DNA from: a phage
Reading direction: 5' to 3' (one strand)
Sequence record: PZ171033.1
Length of the DNA: 64,000 bases
The position numbers and the translations under genes are program-made. Positions 37,945-48,545 of this stretch are shown here, piece after piece (position 1 is the first letter of the stretch; every line of letters starts with the position of its first letter). Below the pieces are notes generated by a model that did no database searches, was not told the DNA's origin, and saw only the letters and a program-made list of their open reading frames with translations.

Positions 37945-38787
37945 TTAGTTCAGCCCGTTGTTAGACTTCAGCTTGGTCAGAATGGTATCAATACTTGAGT
38001 TAGTGAAACCATTAGGTGGGTTCAAGCCTTCATCAATAGTCTTCTGTGTAATCCATGCATCGGTAAACAGCTTAGCTGCTTTAACTTCTGCATCTCGTTG
38101 GTAAGAAGTAATCTGTTGTGAATACAACTCTTTCTGTTTGCCAATAGAACCAAGAATAGGTAATGCATCAGAACGGGTTTCTTGGGTCTGTGCACGTTGT
38201 ACTTCATATTGTTCCTGTATCAAACGTTCTTGTGCAGGAAGAATTTTTTCTGAAGTATACAGTGCAGCACAGTACGTTTCAGACTCAGTAGCAATCTTCA
38301 TCTTAGTAAGAGCATACTCACTCTTAGCAGACAGTGCCTGAATCTTAGCCAGTACAAACTGTGCCTTAGACGTTGCCAGTTGAACACGTGCAGTAACTGC
38401 CTGAATCTGTGCCATAGCAGCAGCCCAGTATGCTTGGTCACGACCAAGTAAGAACTGAACAGCATTACTCATGCACGATTCCATCATAGCAATGTATGCT
38501 TTGGTGTATTCACCACCGGTAATACGGTTAGCTTTAAACTCAGCTTTAAGGTGATTGTGTGCAGATTCCATTAATGCATCAAACGTACCACTACCACCTA
38601 CTTCACGCGTAGTAAGTGATTCATTTGTTACTTTAGTAATAGCATCAAAGATTAGGGAATTATCACCACCAGGGATATCCCATTCAGGGCCAGACATATC
38701 AATGTCAGGAAGGGTAAAGTCATCACCCTTAGTTAACTCTTCTAGGAGTCGGTTAGCTTCTACCTCAGCAGAACAAGACATAATCAT
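37945..38787 (-). CDS. virion protein
   Basis: 280 aa in structural operon. Confidence 0.55.
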   Translation of the reverse strand: MIMSCSAEVEANRLLEELTKGDDFTLPDIDMSGPEWDIPGGDNSLIFDAITKVTNESLTTREVGGSGTFDALMESAHNHLKAEFKANRITGGEYTKAYIAMMESCMSNAVQFLLGRDQAYWAAAMAQIQAVTARVQLATSKAQFVLAKIQALSAKSEYALTKMKIATESETYCAALYTSEKILPAQERLIQEQYEVQRAQTQETRSDALPILGSIGKQKELYSQQITSYQRDAEVKAAKLFTDAWITQKTIDEGLNPPNGFTNSSIDTILTKLKSNNGLN

Positions 38788-38857
38788 TCCTCTTGGTTCA
38801 AAAAGAAACGGCCCACGGAGTTACCCCAGTGAGCCGTGTTGAACTGTAGCTTATACG

Positions 38858-39496
38858 TTAATCGTTAAGGCTACCAGCAGCAATCTGTGCTTGAGCCAGT
38901 TGAGCCAATTCAGCTTCCGTCAACGGAGGCAGTACTTCAATGGAGAACTCACGTGCTTCTGTTGCACGGATGTCTGGTAAGCCATTCTTACCTTTACGAG
39001 TCGTAATGTTGATGAACTTACGCTCTTTAAGAAACTCATAGATACAATACGGAATATGATAACCATTGTCGGTTACTTCACCGAACGGAACAAACTTACG
39101 TACAGTACCCATATATTCGTTAGCTACGGTGATAATCTCACCCGGCAGGTCTTTCTTCTTAGGGTCAAGGTTCTGGATACGTACACGAATCAGTCGAGTC
39201 TGTTCTGCACGAATCTTCTGACCCAGGGTCATCTTCTTAACACCAGCTTCTTGTTTTTCACCAAGCGGGTTAACAGTAGCTTCTACTACTGGTTCATCTT
39301 TTACTTGTGCAGCTTCAATCTTCTCACGAAGCTTCTCAACGGAAATGTTGTTAGAGAACTTGATATTCATCAACGTTGCACGTTGCTTAAGAACTTCAAG
39401 TTCGCTAGGCATTGCAATATCGTTAACGGTATCTTCGTTGCCCTGTACGTTCACTTCTACGTCAGTGGTCGGTTTATCGTTAATGCTCATGTTCAT
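38858..39496 (-). CDS. structural protein downstream of capsid gene
   Basis: 212 aa. Confidence 0.55.
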   Translation of the reverse strand: MNMSINDKPTTDVEVNVQGNEDTVNDIAMPSELEVLKQRATLMNIKFSNNISVEKLREKIEAAQVKDEPVVEATVNPLGEKQEAGVKKMTLGQKIRAEQTRLIRVRIQNLDPKKKDLPGEIITVANEYMGTVRKFVPFGEVTDNGYHIPYCIYEFLKERKFINITTRKGKNGLPDIRATEAREFSIEVLPPLTEAELAQLAQAQIAAGSLND

Positions 39497-39527
39497 ATTT
39501 CCTGTGGTTCATTTAGTTTTATTAAGA

Positions 39528-39556
39528 GGGGGACTTATGTCCCCCTTGTTTTATTT
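39528..39556. terminator. hairpin terminator between capsid gene and next gene
   Basis: GGGGGAC-TTAT-GTCCCCC; U tract stronger on plus strand (TTGTTTTATTT). Confidence 0.4.
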
Positions 39557-39563
39557 CGGACTA

Positions 39564-40766
39564 TTACAGAGGAGCAACAGTCTTAATCAGAGCCAGACGT
39601 TCTGGGCGTTTAACCAGGATACCATAGTACCACTTGATAGAACTGAAGCCAGTTTCACCATACGGGTCATTACGGTCAGCAGTTTCTTTACCCGGCATCT
39701 TAGTCATGATGGTGAACTTAACAGACTTACCATCAGTCTGGAAGCCAATGGTAGAGAAGGAATCATCACCAACTACCAGCATCGGGAATACGTCGTAGTG
39801 CTCCTGACCAGATACCATAGAAGTACGGTAACCCGGGTTAGAACTAACCTGTGCACCAGCACCTGCCCAATGCAGCATCTCAGGAACCTGGATGATACGG
39901 AACTTATCAATACAACCGATTTCACCATTCATCAGTGTACCAGCATCAGCATAGTGCTGAACTTCGATGAATGCTTTGTTACCGAACAGGTCTTTCATCG
40001 CTTTCAGTTCTGGAACCAGTTCAGAACCAACGTACATTACACGAGTACCACCAAGTACTTTGGTATCTGTCAGTTTAGAACCAGTGATGATAGTAGTCTG
40101 GGTCGGAGTACGGTTCTCAGTAAGAATCTGGTCAAGACGCATCAGGTTCTTATAAGAAACTACAGACGGGGTAGAACCTTCACCGGTGATGGTAGCGTCA
40201 GAGACAGCAGCACCTGCATACAGTACAGTACCAGCAGCAGCCAGCAGGTCTTTCTGGAGAACAGCTTCAGTCAACTGTACAGCACCGTTCATCAGTTCAC
40301 GAGACAGGTGTTCTTTCAGTTGGTCATCAGAATCAAAGTCCAGGGACTCTTGAGTAAATTCGTAGAAGAAGCCGAACTTATGAATAGAACCTTCTCGAGC
40401 CAGACGAGTAAAGCCTACACGGTTAACACGACCACCATTCTCTGACAGCAGAGGCAGTTTAGAGGTGATATTACCAACGTCTTTAGAAGAACCATACAGG
40501 TTACCATTAACGATGGTAGCACCATTAGCATCAATACCCTGGTCGTTAATGTTCTTATCGTCGAGCAGAGGAACGTACTCATACACCTTAACAGTCTTAC
40601 CGTAGTTCTTCGGCATGTTAACGGTGTTAGCCAGAGGCATGAAATACTGATCTTTACGGGACTGAATAATAGCTTTCTTCAGCCAGTAATAGGTATTCAT
40701 CTGGTCGGAACCAGCACCATCAATGCTAGATTTCTGACCGTCAATTGGAGCGTTATAGTTTAACAT
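39564..40766 (-). CDS. major capsid protein
   Basis: 400 aa, position between scaffold-like and portal genes as in N4. Confidence 0.65.
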   Translation of the reverse strand: MLNYNAPIDGQKSSIDGAGSDQMNTYYWLKKAIIQSRKDQYFMPLANTVNMPKNYGKTVKVYEYVPLLDDKNINDQGIDANGATIVNGNLYGSSKDVGNITSKLPLLSENGGRVNRVGFTRLAREGSIHKFGFFYEFTQESLDFDSDDQLKEHLSRELMNGAVQLTEAVLQKDLLAAAGTVLYAGAAVSDATITGEGSTPSVVSYKNLMRLDQILTENRTPTQTTIITGSKLTDTKVLGGTRVMYVGSELVPELKAMKDLFGNKAFIEVQHYADAGTLMNGEIGCIDKFRIIQVPEMLHWAGAGAQVSSNPGYRTSMVSGQEHYDVFPMLVVGDDSFSTIGFQTDGKSVKFTIMTKMPGKETADRNDPYGETGFSSIKWYYGILVKRPERLALIKTVAPL

Positions 40767-40782
40767 ATCATCTCATTCCTGT

Positions 40783-42003
40783 TTAAAGACTACCCGGTAC
40801 TGGGAGTTTAGCGAAATCTTCATCACTCATAGCGAGTGGGTTTACAATAGGTGTTGCTTTACGTGTAGCAGCCCGATTAAGGGAAGCTGCTTTAGCTTGC
40901 TCATTGTTAGCCAGAGTCTGCTTAGGTTGTGCCACACGCACTACCGGCTGAACTGCTGGTTTAACTGCTTGTACCGGTTCAGGCTTAGCCACTTGGTTAA
41001 ATGCTCCTTGTTGTGCAAGGAGGTTACCAACATAGTTATAAGCCTGAATGAACGGAGTACCTACCGGAATCTGACCTAACACCTGAAGACGGTTCACTTC
41101 ATTAGCAATGGTGTCATAAATACCATTCTCACGCTGTTCGTGAATGGTGTGGAGTAAGCCACGATTCTGATAAAGAGCATCTTTACTGGCAGCATCCCAT
41201 GTCGAGCTAATAACACCTAATGTAGCTTGTCCTTCTTGAGTAGACTTTAAGTCGTCAATTTCGGTTGCAAAATCTGCTTCGGTGTCTGTAACACGGTGTT
41301 TGCCACCCTGGTAGTTAATTTCCTCTTCCGGATTAAAGTCCAGAGGATCTGTACCAGAGTCTTTCAACAACTTTTTAATGGCTTCAGGATTCTTCTTATC
41401 CAGGTCAATCAGGAAAGAAAGTTTTTCCTCATCCATTAAACCGTTGTTCTGTAACATCAGCATTACCTTACGATACGGCTGAAGTTCTTGCATCTTACGA
41501 GTATAGTTAGCACCCATCTGCATCAGGCTAATGGCCTCCTCCGGAGAACGGGGAGTAATCATTTTGCCGTTAGCTTTAAAAGGAGCCATCAACTTCTCAT
41601 AACCTTCCTTATAGTTGAAGTCAGCAGGCAGACCTTCAGACTGTTTGCCTTCTTCTTTCTGTTCCTGGCCTGGTTCAGCAGTAGAAGGTTCAGCTTCAGT
41701 AATCGGCTTACCGTTACTATCAACTTCTGTGTCAACAACTTTATCATCAACTTTATCAGAAGTTAAAGAATTTGCTGAATCATCTTCAACTGGTTCAGTC
41801 TCAGGGGAGGTTTCTTCGGTTGGTAGGTCTTCAACAGCAGGGGTGACAACTTCTTCATCAGGAGTCTGTACGCCGTTGGTTTCTGGGTTGTTCTGAGTGG
41901 AAGTATCTTCCTCAGCAATAATAGCTGGGGCTTCCATATTCAGAATCTCATCATCCGACATTGCGAGAATGTCGGAAGCTGTGGTTGCAGCTTCCGTAGT
42001 CAT
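40783..42003 (-). CDS. putative scaffolding / head assembly protein
   Basis: Acidic N-terminus, directly upstream of capsid gene. Confidence 0.4.
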   Translation of the reverse strand: MTTEAATTASDILAMSDDEILNMEAPAIIAEEDTSTQNNPETNGVQTPDEEVVTPAVEDLPTEETSPETEPVEDDSANSLTSDKVDDKVVDTEVDSNGKPITEAEPSTAEPGQEQKEEGKQSEGLPADFNYKEGYEKLMAPFKANGKMITPRSPEEAISLMQMGANYTRKMQELQPYRKVMLMLQNNGLMDEEKLSFLIDLDKKNPEAIKKLLKDSGTDPLDFNPEEEINYQGGKHRVTDTEADFATEIDDLKSTQEGQATLGVISSTWDAASKDALYQNRGLLHTIHEQRENGIYDTIANEVNRLQVLGQIPVGTPFIQAYNYVGNLLAQQGAFNQVAKPEPVQAVKPAVQPVVRVAQPKQTLANNEQAKAASLNRAATRKATPIVNPLAMSDEDFAKLPVPGSL

Positions 42004-42022
42004 AGGAAATATCTCCGGTTAA

Positions 42023-42367
42023 TTATTCGTCTTCAGGTTCAGCACGAACTGCGTCGAGTTCTTCTTCCACCTGTAGAATAACGTCAGCTTCGTTTTCGCC
42101 CATACGAATAGCGAGATCGAGCCAACGACGTAAGTGACCAGCAGCTTGAGCCATGTTCAATGCATCTGCACGGTTATTGGCTTCAAGCAGTGGGTCACCA
42201 GACTCCTGCACGTAACGTGCACAATCTTCCGTACAGAACTGGCGAAGGATTACTTTACGGAACAGTGGATTCTCCAGAAGTTTACGTACATCTTCTGCGT
42301 GTGCAACTGCACCTTTAGCAGCTTCCAGTCGATGTTCCAGTCCAGCGATTGTTGATTCTTTACTCAT
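42023..42367 (-). CDS. hypothetical head-associated protein
   Basis: 114 aa between portal and scaffold-like genes. Confidence 0.5.
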   Translation of the reverse strand: MSKESTIAGLEHRLEAAKGAVAHAEDVRKLLENPLFRKVILRQFCTEDCARYVQESGDPLLEANNRADALNMAQAAGHLRRWLDLAIRMGENEADVILQVEEELDAVRAEPEDE

Positions 42368-42380
42368 GTGAAGGTCTGCC

Positions 42381-44651
42381 TTACAGGTTCATGCCAAGAG
42401 CCGATGCTGGGTCTTGGCTAGGGTCATAGTATTGAGAACTGAGTGAATAAGCCGGGTCTTGCTGAGCAGCTAAATCACGTTCTGGTATAGAGTTCCCGTT
42501 AGTCAAAGTATTATATCCAACAGCTGCAGATATGTTGGGGGTAGTTTCCCCTTCTTTAATAGGTGTTGTCAATGCCTTAGTTATCTGAAGGTTCTGGTTT
42601 CCTTGAGATTGTGCTTTTTGTTTTTCCATATCACGAGCATGTTTAGTACCAGATTCCTGTTCCAGATAATCCAGGTCTTTAAGGTCACCAGCAGAAGCAG
42701 CCTCTTTAGCCTTAGCCATATTGAGTGTAATCTTGCTTTGTAACTCTTCATTCTCAAGCTGTGCTTTCTGAATCGCCAATTGTTTAAGCTGTTCTTCCAT
42801 AGGGTCCGGTTGTGGTTGCCAAGTACGTAACTCATGAGCCAGGTCAGGCATACGTTTAAGTTCTGCAATTTTAGCTACGAGAGATAACGTAATAGTCTGG
42901 TCAACCGTATTACCAAGTGTTTGAACCATGAAGCTCAAGTCCTGAGACTTCTGGTTATCAATTTCAGCAGTGTTAATATCAACCTCAATATCGAAGTTAC
43001 CTTTAAGGTCTTCTCGGTTAATTTCTACATACTGCTCGTTAGTAATACGTACTACTTCCTTCTCAGATAAGAACACAGCATTCATTGCACAAATCTTAGT
43101 ACCAATGTCTGCCATGCCTTTAGCTAATCGACGAAGGATTGCCATCTCACGTTTGGATGCTGCATCAAGTGCACCACGAATACCAGCAGCCACATCTCCA
43201 TAAGCTGAACCAGTTACACCACCTGAGAATGCTTTAACACCAGTTAGTGATTCTGCTTCCTGGTTTTGCATCTGGGTCATTACTATTGCCGACTGAGGTA
43301 ATTCAGGGAACTTATGTTCCATAATGGCCTGACTAGGATTGCCCTGCATTGGGTTGTATTCATAGTCCTGCCCATCATCGTATCGACGACGGTTCAGTGT
43401 ATCCAGCATTCCTTTAGGATAACCACGTTGACCATTTGCACTTCGACCCAACAGGTCAATCATCCCACGCATAGTTGCACCAAGAATTGCTTGGTTATCC
43501 CCTAACAGTTCAGCATCAGCTTCACCAAAGAGTTCACGTTTACGTGGCATGTAAGGAACAACTACCAAAGGCAACTTACCATCCGGGAATGGGTTCTTCT
43601 CCATACGAATAAGGGTAGAACCAATCCAGGTAGCAACAATTGGTTCCAGAGAACCATCATCATTGATGTCGTAAAATCCCCAGTATTCATAGGCAACAAC
43701 TTTCTTACGAAGTGCATCCTTAAACTGGAAGTCACTTGGAGTTTTACTTTCATGGTCTGGGTCAGTCATAGGACTGGAACTTTCCCAGTCAATCTTATCT
43801 AAATTGTGATAACGGTCCTTGTTCTTCATGAGGTCTGCTTTACATGTCTCAAAGGAGATAACTGCATACAGAGCCTTATCCAAATCACCATTACAACTTG
43901 GGTCAATGACTACGTTATTAGGGTTAAGCATTTCAACAGTAGGTCTGTTAACCAGTGCTTTCTCTACTTCTACTTCTGTAACTCCAGTCTGGATTGCATA
44001 GGTAGCTTCTCCAGTTTCATTGAAGTAGTTAACAGCTTCCTTAATATCTTCCGGCATTGTTTCATCGTACTCACGAGGATTCTCTGCCTGAAGCTGTAAA
44101 GCTTGTTGGAGAACATCTGCCTGTTCCTGGTTCTCAATTGGATACAACTGGAAGACTGGTGTTTCTGTTTTAATCTTAACAGTCTTACGTTCCCAACCAA
44201 TACGAGCGATACCAGTACCGTCATCTACGACACTGTGTACGTAATCATCTATCAGTTTCACTTTATTAAGCTGGGTACGGAATTGGTAGTTAAGAACTAA
44301 TTCATTCTGACGTGCAGCTAACTCATCTTCATAAGTAACAGGAGTTACTTTAAAGAGCTTATTAGACGATAGGAATGGTTCAGACAATGGAGCATATCGC
44401 CACTCTGCCTGACGGCGAACCAGTCTGGGTTGGACTTGTGAACGTCCCTTAACCTTTGGGGGTTTAGCCTTACCTTTGACTTCCATCAGGTCATTCCACT
44501 CACGAATCTGAGCCATGATTGCATCATGAGCAGGTTTAGCTGATTCCAAATCACCTTTCAGTAATTGGATACTTGGTTCCTTCTTCCAGTCCGTTAATTT
44601 CTCTGATTGAGCCGGGTCTGGTAAAGGCTTAAAAGTGTCTTGGTGTTCCAT
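42381..44651 (-). CDS. portal protein
   Basis: 756 aa, size and position as N4 portal. Confidence 0.6.
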   Translation of the reverse strand: MEHQDTFKPLPDPAQSEKLTDWKKEPSIQLLKGDLESAKPAHDAIMAQIREWNDLMEVKGKAKPPKVKGRSQVQPRLVRRQAEWRYAPLSEPFLSSNKLFKVTPVTYEDELAARQNELVLNYQFRTQLNKVKLIDDYVHSVVDDGTGIARIGWERKTVKIKTETPVFQLYPIENQEQADVLQQALQLQAENPREYDETMPEDIKEAVNYFNETGEATYAIQTGVTEVEVEKALVNRPTVEMLNPNNVVIDPSCNGDLDKALYAVISFETCKADLMKNKDRYHNLDKIDWESSSPMTDPDHESKTPSDFQFKDALRKKVVAYEYWGFYDINDDGSLEPIVATWIGSTLIRMEKNPFPDGKLPLVVVPYMPRKRELFGEADAELLGDNQAILGATMRGMIDLLGRSANGQRGYPKGMLDTLNRRRYDDGQDYEYNPMQGNPSQAIMEHKFPELPQSAIVMTQMQNQEAESLTGVKAFSGGVTGSAYGDVAAGIRGALDAASKREMAILRRLAKGMADIGTKICAMNAVFLSEKEVVRITNEQYVEINREDLKGNFDIEVDINTAEIDNQKSQDLSFMVQTLGNTVDQTITLSLVAKIAELKRMPDLAHELRTWQPQPDPMEEQLKQLAIQKAQLENEELQSKITLNMAKAKEAASAGDLKDLDYLEQESGTKHARDMEKQKAQSQGNQNLQITKALTTPIKEGETTPNISAAVGYNTLTNGNSIPERDLAAQQDPAYSLSSQYYDPSQDPASALGMNL

Positions 44652-44653
44652 AG

Positions 44654-45160
44654 TTATTCCTGTTCAAAAAGTTTACGGTCAGCCTGAATCTGTTTACCCA
44701 ACTCAATTAGTTGGCTGTCACGGAGTCTAACAGTTGCCCGGAGTTCTTCAACCAAACGTCTGCCTTCTTCAAGACTGTTGTCGAGTCTGGCTGCATGGCT
44801 TGCAAGACTTCTGCACTCAAAGGTTCCGGCTTCGGCTTGACGTTTATATACCGATGCTCGTCTTTCAGACTGTTGCATCCGGCTGTCGTAATCACTGCTA
44901 ACGCGAGCAAGCTCGCTTGCGTAATTACTCTCAGCCGTCTGCAACCGGGAAGTGAGTAACCCGACTTCATAACTATGGTTTCTTTGGAGAGCATTGTATT
45001 TGTCCTGTAATTTTTGTGTTGCCTTTTGGTCTTCAATCTTTTGGTCATCCCATTTCTTTTGAACAGTAGACTGTCCATTGGAGTTACCCCAAAAGTAAAT
45101 GGTGGCCCCGAGGACCACCACCAGAAGATAAGGCCAACCTTTAGAGATTAGCATCTTCAT
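44654..45160 (-). CDS. i-spanin (Rz-like)
   Basis: N-terminal TM helix then coiled coil; GGAGG RBS before ATG 45160. Confidence 0.55.
   Translation of the reverse strand: MKMLISKGWPYLLVVVLGATIYFWGNSNGQSTVQKKWDDQKIEDQKATQKLQDKYNALQRNHSYEVGLLTSRLQTAESNYASELARVSSDYDSRMQQSERRASVYKRQAEAGTFECRSLASHAARLDNSLEEGRRLVEELRATVRLRDSQLIELGKQIQADRKLFEQE
44707..44970 (-). CDS. o-spanin (Rz1-like) embedded in i-spanin gene
   Basis: Alternate frame inside Rz-like gene; lipobox LAVITTAGC; proline-rich mature part. Confidence 0.55.
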   Translation of the reverse strand: MKSGYSLPGCRRLRVITQASLLALAVITTAGCNSLKDEHRYINVKPKPEPLSAEVLQAMQPDSTTVLKKADVWLKNSGQLLDSVTAN

Positions 45161-45776
45161 TACATGCCTCCAGTGGCACATTGCCTATTCGGTTAGCTAC
45201 CCAACCATACGTAAAGTCTGGCATGTTTAATGAGGTGTAGTGGTTCAGTTGTTTGGCATCAAGTAGCTTAATCATTACCTGACATGCTGCAACTTTGCCT
45301 CGTTTTTTCTGTAATGCTTTATATGCATTAACAGTACTTACACCGACTTTACCATCAACCTGTATTTTAGGGTAGTCTTTGCCATTGCGGGACATTTCAT
45401 TAAGAGACATCTGCAACCACTTAGCCGGGCGAGTTACACCAGTGTTAACACCAGCGTCAACCAGCTTATGTGTTACAGCAGGAGATATATCAGCGAAGGC
45501 TACGAAGTTAGGCTTAAGAACGTAGTCATCAATGTATATCTCAGCAGCCATCTCTTTGGATAAACCTTTCATAGAACCATCCCAACCATACTCAGTAGCC
45601 AAAACTTCTTTATGAGATTTAGCTACCGATTGGGTAATACCATGATTGGTTTCGCCACCTGGGTCACGGGGATTGTTTACATAACCCCCTTCCATATAGA
45701 ACACTGCCCCCAGGATAGCAGCGATAACCCCTCCCACTGCACCACCTTTCGCAGCAAGTTTCTGTTTAGCTTTCAT
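45141..45776 (-). CDS. GH108-type N-acetylmuramidase endolysin with putative SAR domain
   Basis: EGGYVNNPRDPGGETNHGIT motif; N-terminal GGAVGGVIAAILGAVF. Confidence 0.7.
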   Translation of the reverse strand: MKAKQKLAAKGGAVGGVIAAILGAVFYMEGGYVNNPRDPGGETNHGITQSVAKSHKEVLATEYGWDGSMKGLSKEMAAEIYIDDYVLKPNFVAFADISPAVTHKLVDAGVNTGVTRPAKWLQMSLNEMSRNGKDYPKIQVDGKVGVSTVNAYKALQKKRGKVAACQVMIKLLDAKQLNHYTSLNMPDFTYGWVANRIGNVPLEACNEDANL

Positions 45777-46026
45777 GTGAATCTTCCTTTGGTCGGAATC
45801 GTACCAATCTGCCTACGATGTTTAAGGCAAACAGTGCAATTGCAATATTGGAACCATGGGGAATATCTTCCAGGATGTGACGGGGTAATCCTGTCAGCAT
45901 TGGTTGGATAATATCTATAGCAGAAAACAAAATTAAACCTAATGTACTAATCTGAACGGATGCCCACTTCCAGCATCTTTTCCAGTTAGGTACTAACTCT
46001 ACTTTTCTTTTTAGCCTGCGAACCAT
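45766..46026 (-). CDS. holin-like two-TM protein
   Basis: Two hydrophobic helices; GGGAGA RBS before ATG 46026. Confidence 0.4.
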   Translation of the reverse strand: MVRRLKRKVELVPNWKRCWKWASVQISTLGLILFSAIDIIQPMLTGLPRHILEDIPHGSNIAIALFALNIVGRLVRFRPKEDSHES

Positions 46027-46340
46027 GCGAATATCTCCCGTCTTGCAGCAGCTAATACACCAATAATTGCACCTGTCCCAGCCCACACCCACTTACCGAA
46101 AATTCCAGCACCAACAACTTTATGCTTAATGGTGATGAACTCTTCAATAGTAGGTTCATTCTTAGCTAAGCTATCCTCCACATTTTTTAGTCTATTACCT
46201 ATGTCATTGATTGAATCCCGTAGTTCTGACAGAGTCTCCTCCAGTTTCTCACGGTCTTGTCTGTCTCTTGTCTGGTTCTCAAACAGAGTCTTCAATCGTT
46301 CCTCCAGTCTGACTAGGAGCAGTTCACCCGATTCATTCAT
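46011..46340 (-). CDS. membrane protein (coiled coil + C-terminal TM)
   Basis: 109 aa. Confidence 0.4.
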   Translation of the reverse strand: MNESGELLLVRLEERLKTLFENQTRDRQDREKLEETLSELRDSINDIGNRLKNVEDSLAKNEPTIEEFITIKHKVVGAGIFGKWVWAGTGAIIGVLAAARREIFAWFAG

Positions 46341-46557
46341 AATATTACCGTAGTTGTGTAGTTAGAATCCCCAATAGGGTCATATCATAAGATGACTCTT
46401 AGATAATACTTAGTAAGATGAGGTACATCCAGACATAGTGTCTGATATCAGCTCATGGTGGGTGGTATTCAGTTGGGTATGTTTAATATATCCGAGTAAG
46501 TAATTACCCTAACAGCAGTATCAATTAGGGTAATGCAAACAGTAAACTCTATATAAG

Positions 46558-46585
46558 AAAAGGCCCGTTCGGGCCTTTGTTTTAG
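46558..46585 (-). terminator. intrinsic terminator
   Basis: AAAGGCCC-GTTC-GGGCCTTT, U-rich on minus strand. Confidence 0.55.
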
Positions 46586-48492
46586 TTAGAAATCTGATAC
46601 GGAATGGTAACCCGCACACCAAACGTTGCTGCCTGGCTCCATGTGTTCGTCAAATGGACTCGCAGTTTATTGCTAGATATTTGTTCTAATTGTATCTGGC
46701 ATTGAGCTGTAGCAGCACTTCTTGTTGTAACAAAGGCCAGTGCTTCTGATATTTTTACAGGGTCAGTATACGTTATATCTTGGTAGGTATTCACACCAGC
46801 TACTACCGATGAAAACGTCAATGTATCGTTTTTAACGTTATTAAACGCCACAGACCGCTTACCCGGAACCACCATAAACCCGGATGCCACGGTAGACGTT
46901 ATTTCAGTGTTATTTGGAGTCAGAAAAGGGCAGCTCAATACACCGGAACTAGCAGTAGTATTATAATGAGTATCTATGATCGAAATCGTAGTTATACGAA
47001 GAACAGATAATGGAACTTGATGTGATAACCAGTCAGACTCCATCAGCTTCGCTTTGAACTCAAGGTGATTAACAGCCCACGCATCAATGGCGATGACGAC
47101 GTTTTCTAAACCTTTCAGGTATATAGTACATGACGAATCGAAAAGTAAAGACCAGGCTGTTCCGGATACGATACGAGCGTAAGCGTACTTATTGTAATAC
47201 GGATCACTTGGGGTTGCAGCATTTCCGCGTGGAGTTAAACCGTCGTATATTGACTGCGTATCAAAGTTCTCAAAGTAACACCCGTGGAACCCAAAGTTCT
47301 GATACCGCATATATGCAGCAGTATCTGAACCTACAATATAGTTCGTGAAGTTCTCGAAAGCGCAACCAAAGAAATTAATTGGCCCATTACCAGCAGAGCC
47401 AGTCATCGGGAAAAATCTATTAAACGCTGCGGCACGACAACCAAAGAAGGAGGCGTTATAAGCTTGGTCAATTCCAACACAATCTTTACATGCCAGCCAT
47501 TCCGTCTGATGGAATTTACTATAAAAACCTCCTGCGACAGAAAATGGTAGGGCCAACCCCATAAATGTTACAAACGACGTCTGGATTGAACCGCCTGCAC
47601 TGTATAACCCTTTTTGGGTTCCTATAACCCCCATAGAATAGGCTGGGATGCCTTTTACCAGTACATCCTTAAGGACAATATCCGCCTGTGTGCAAGAGAT
47701 AGCATAATCATCGGCAACGTTACAGTATAATTGACTATGCGTGCTGGTGGGCACTTTGTTTGTCATGATTCCGGAATAACCACGTATCTCTAACCGACGC
47801 CCTGTGAATGTGACTTGATTGTCAAGGCGCACAATACTTCCTGGTGGTATGGTTATGATAACGTGGGTAGCATCCGAGTTTAGTATTTGCTGGATGGCGG
47901 CGGAATCGTCTGCCACCCCGTCGCAAACTGCCCCGTACATTTGCGGGGTAACGGTAAAAATTCCATCCTGAACCGTTCCGCCCTGCGAAATACTAACCAT
48001 AGACGCACCGGTGGAGGAAGCCAATTCATCTCTCAAATTGGGGTCGGTCTGTGGCTTCCAGTCCACATTACCAACAGGGTTGATTCCTGTGGTAATTGTT
48101 ACAGGTAAAGAACCTAAGTAGGTGTAACCTATGCCATTATGGAACAATAACTCATTTCGTGTATTCACTACCAAACCAGTAGCAAACGAGTCGGATAGGC
48201 TCACGAACTCTCTACGTGTAGCAGCCAGTTCACCCAAATCAATTGTGCCTGCTGAATGATCCAGGACTGCATGTTCATTGAGGCTTACAGCAGTAGTTCC
48301 TGCCGGAAGTACAGGTAATGAGTAAGCACGCTGGGTAGATTTATCATAGATTACTTTGTAACCACCTAAGTCTACACCTACAGAAAAGTAGACCACCTCA
48401 TTCTGCTTAACACCAAACTTACGGGCAATTGCTTGCTTGTTGGTAAGAATACCAGTAGAGCCTTTACCACCTTGTGAGAATAACTCGTTCAT
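46582..48492 (-). CDS. tail spike with pectate-lyase-like beta-helix (candidate depolymerase)
   Basis: MYGAVCDGVADDSAAIQQIL signature. Confidence 0.6.
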   Translation of the reverse strand: MNELFSQGGKGSTGILTNKQAIARKFGVKQNEVVYFSVGVDLGGYKVIYDKSTQRAYSLPVLPAGTTAVSLNEHAVLDHSAGTIDLGELAATRREFVSLSDSFATGLVVNTRNELLFHNGIGYTYLGSLPVTITTGINPVGNVDWKPQTDPNLRDELASSTGASMVSISQGGTVQDGIFTVTPQMYGAVCDGVADDSAAIQQILNSDATHVIITIPPGSIVRLDNQVTFTGRRLEIRGYSGIMTNKVPTSTHSQLYCNVADDYAISCTQADIVLKDVLVKGIPAYSMGVIGTQKGLYSAGGSIQTSFVTFMGLALPFSVAGGFYSKFHQTEWLACKDCVGIDQAYNASFFGCRAAAFNRFFPMTGSAGNGPINFFGCAFENFTNYIVGSDTAAYMRYQNFGFHGCYFENFDTQSIYDGLTPRGNAATPSDPYYNKYAYARIVSGTAWSLLFDSSCTIYLKGLENVVIAIDAWAVNHLEFKAKLMESDWLSHQVPLSVLRITTISIIDTHYNTTASSGVLSCPFLTPNNTEITSTVASGFMVVPGKRSVAFNNVKNDTLTFSSVVAGVNTYQDITYTDPVKISEALAFVTTRSAATAQCQIQLEQISSNKLRVHLTNTWSQAATFGVRVTIPYQISN

Positions 48493-48515
48493 AAATACCT
48501 CTTTGTTTTTCTAGT

Positions 48516-48537
48516 AAAAACCCCTCCGGAGAGGGGA
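48516..48537 (-). terminator. intrinsic terminator
   Basis: CCCCTC-CGGA-GAGGGG then TTTTTAC on minus strand. Confidence 0.55.
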
Positions 48538-48545
48538 ATATTTAA

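Noticed and set aside
39056-40445. Plus-strand ORFs of 176 and 366 aa overlapping the capsid gene
   Set aside because: Antisense to the capsid gene, low-complexity S/T-rich translation, no RBS
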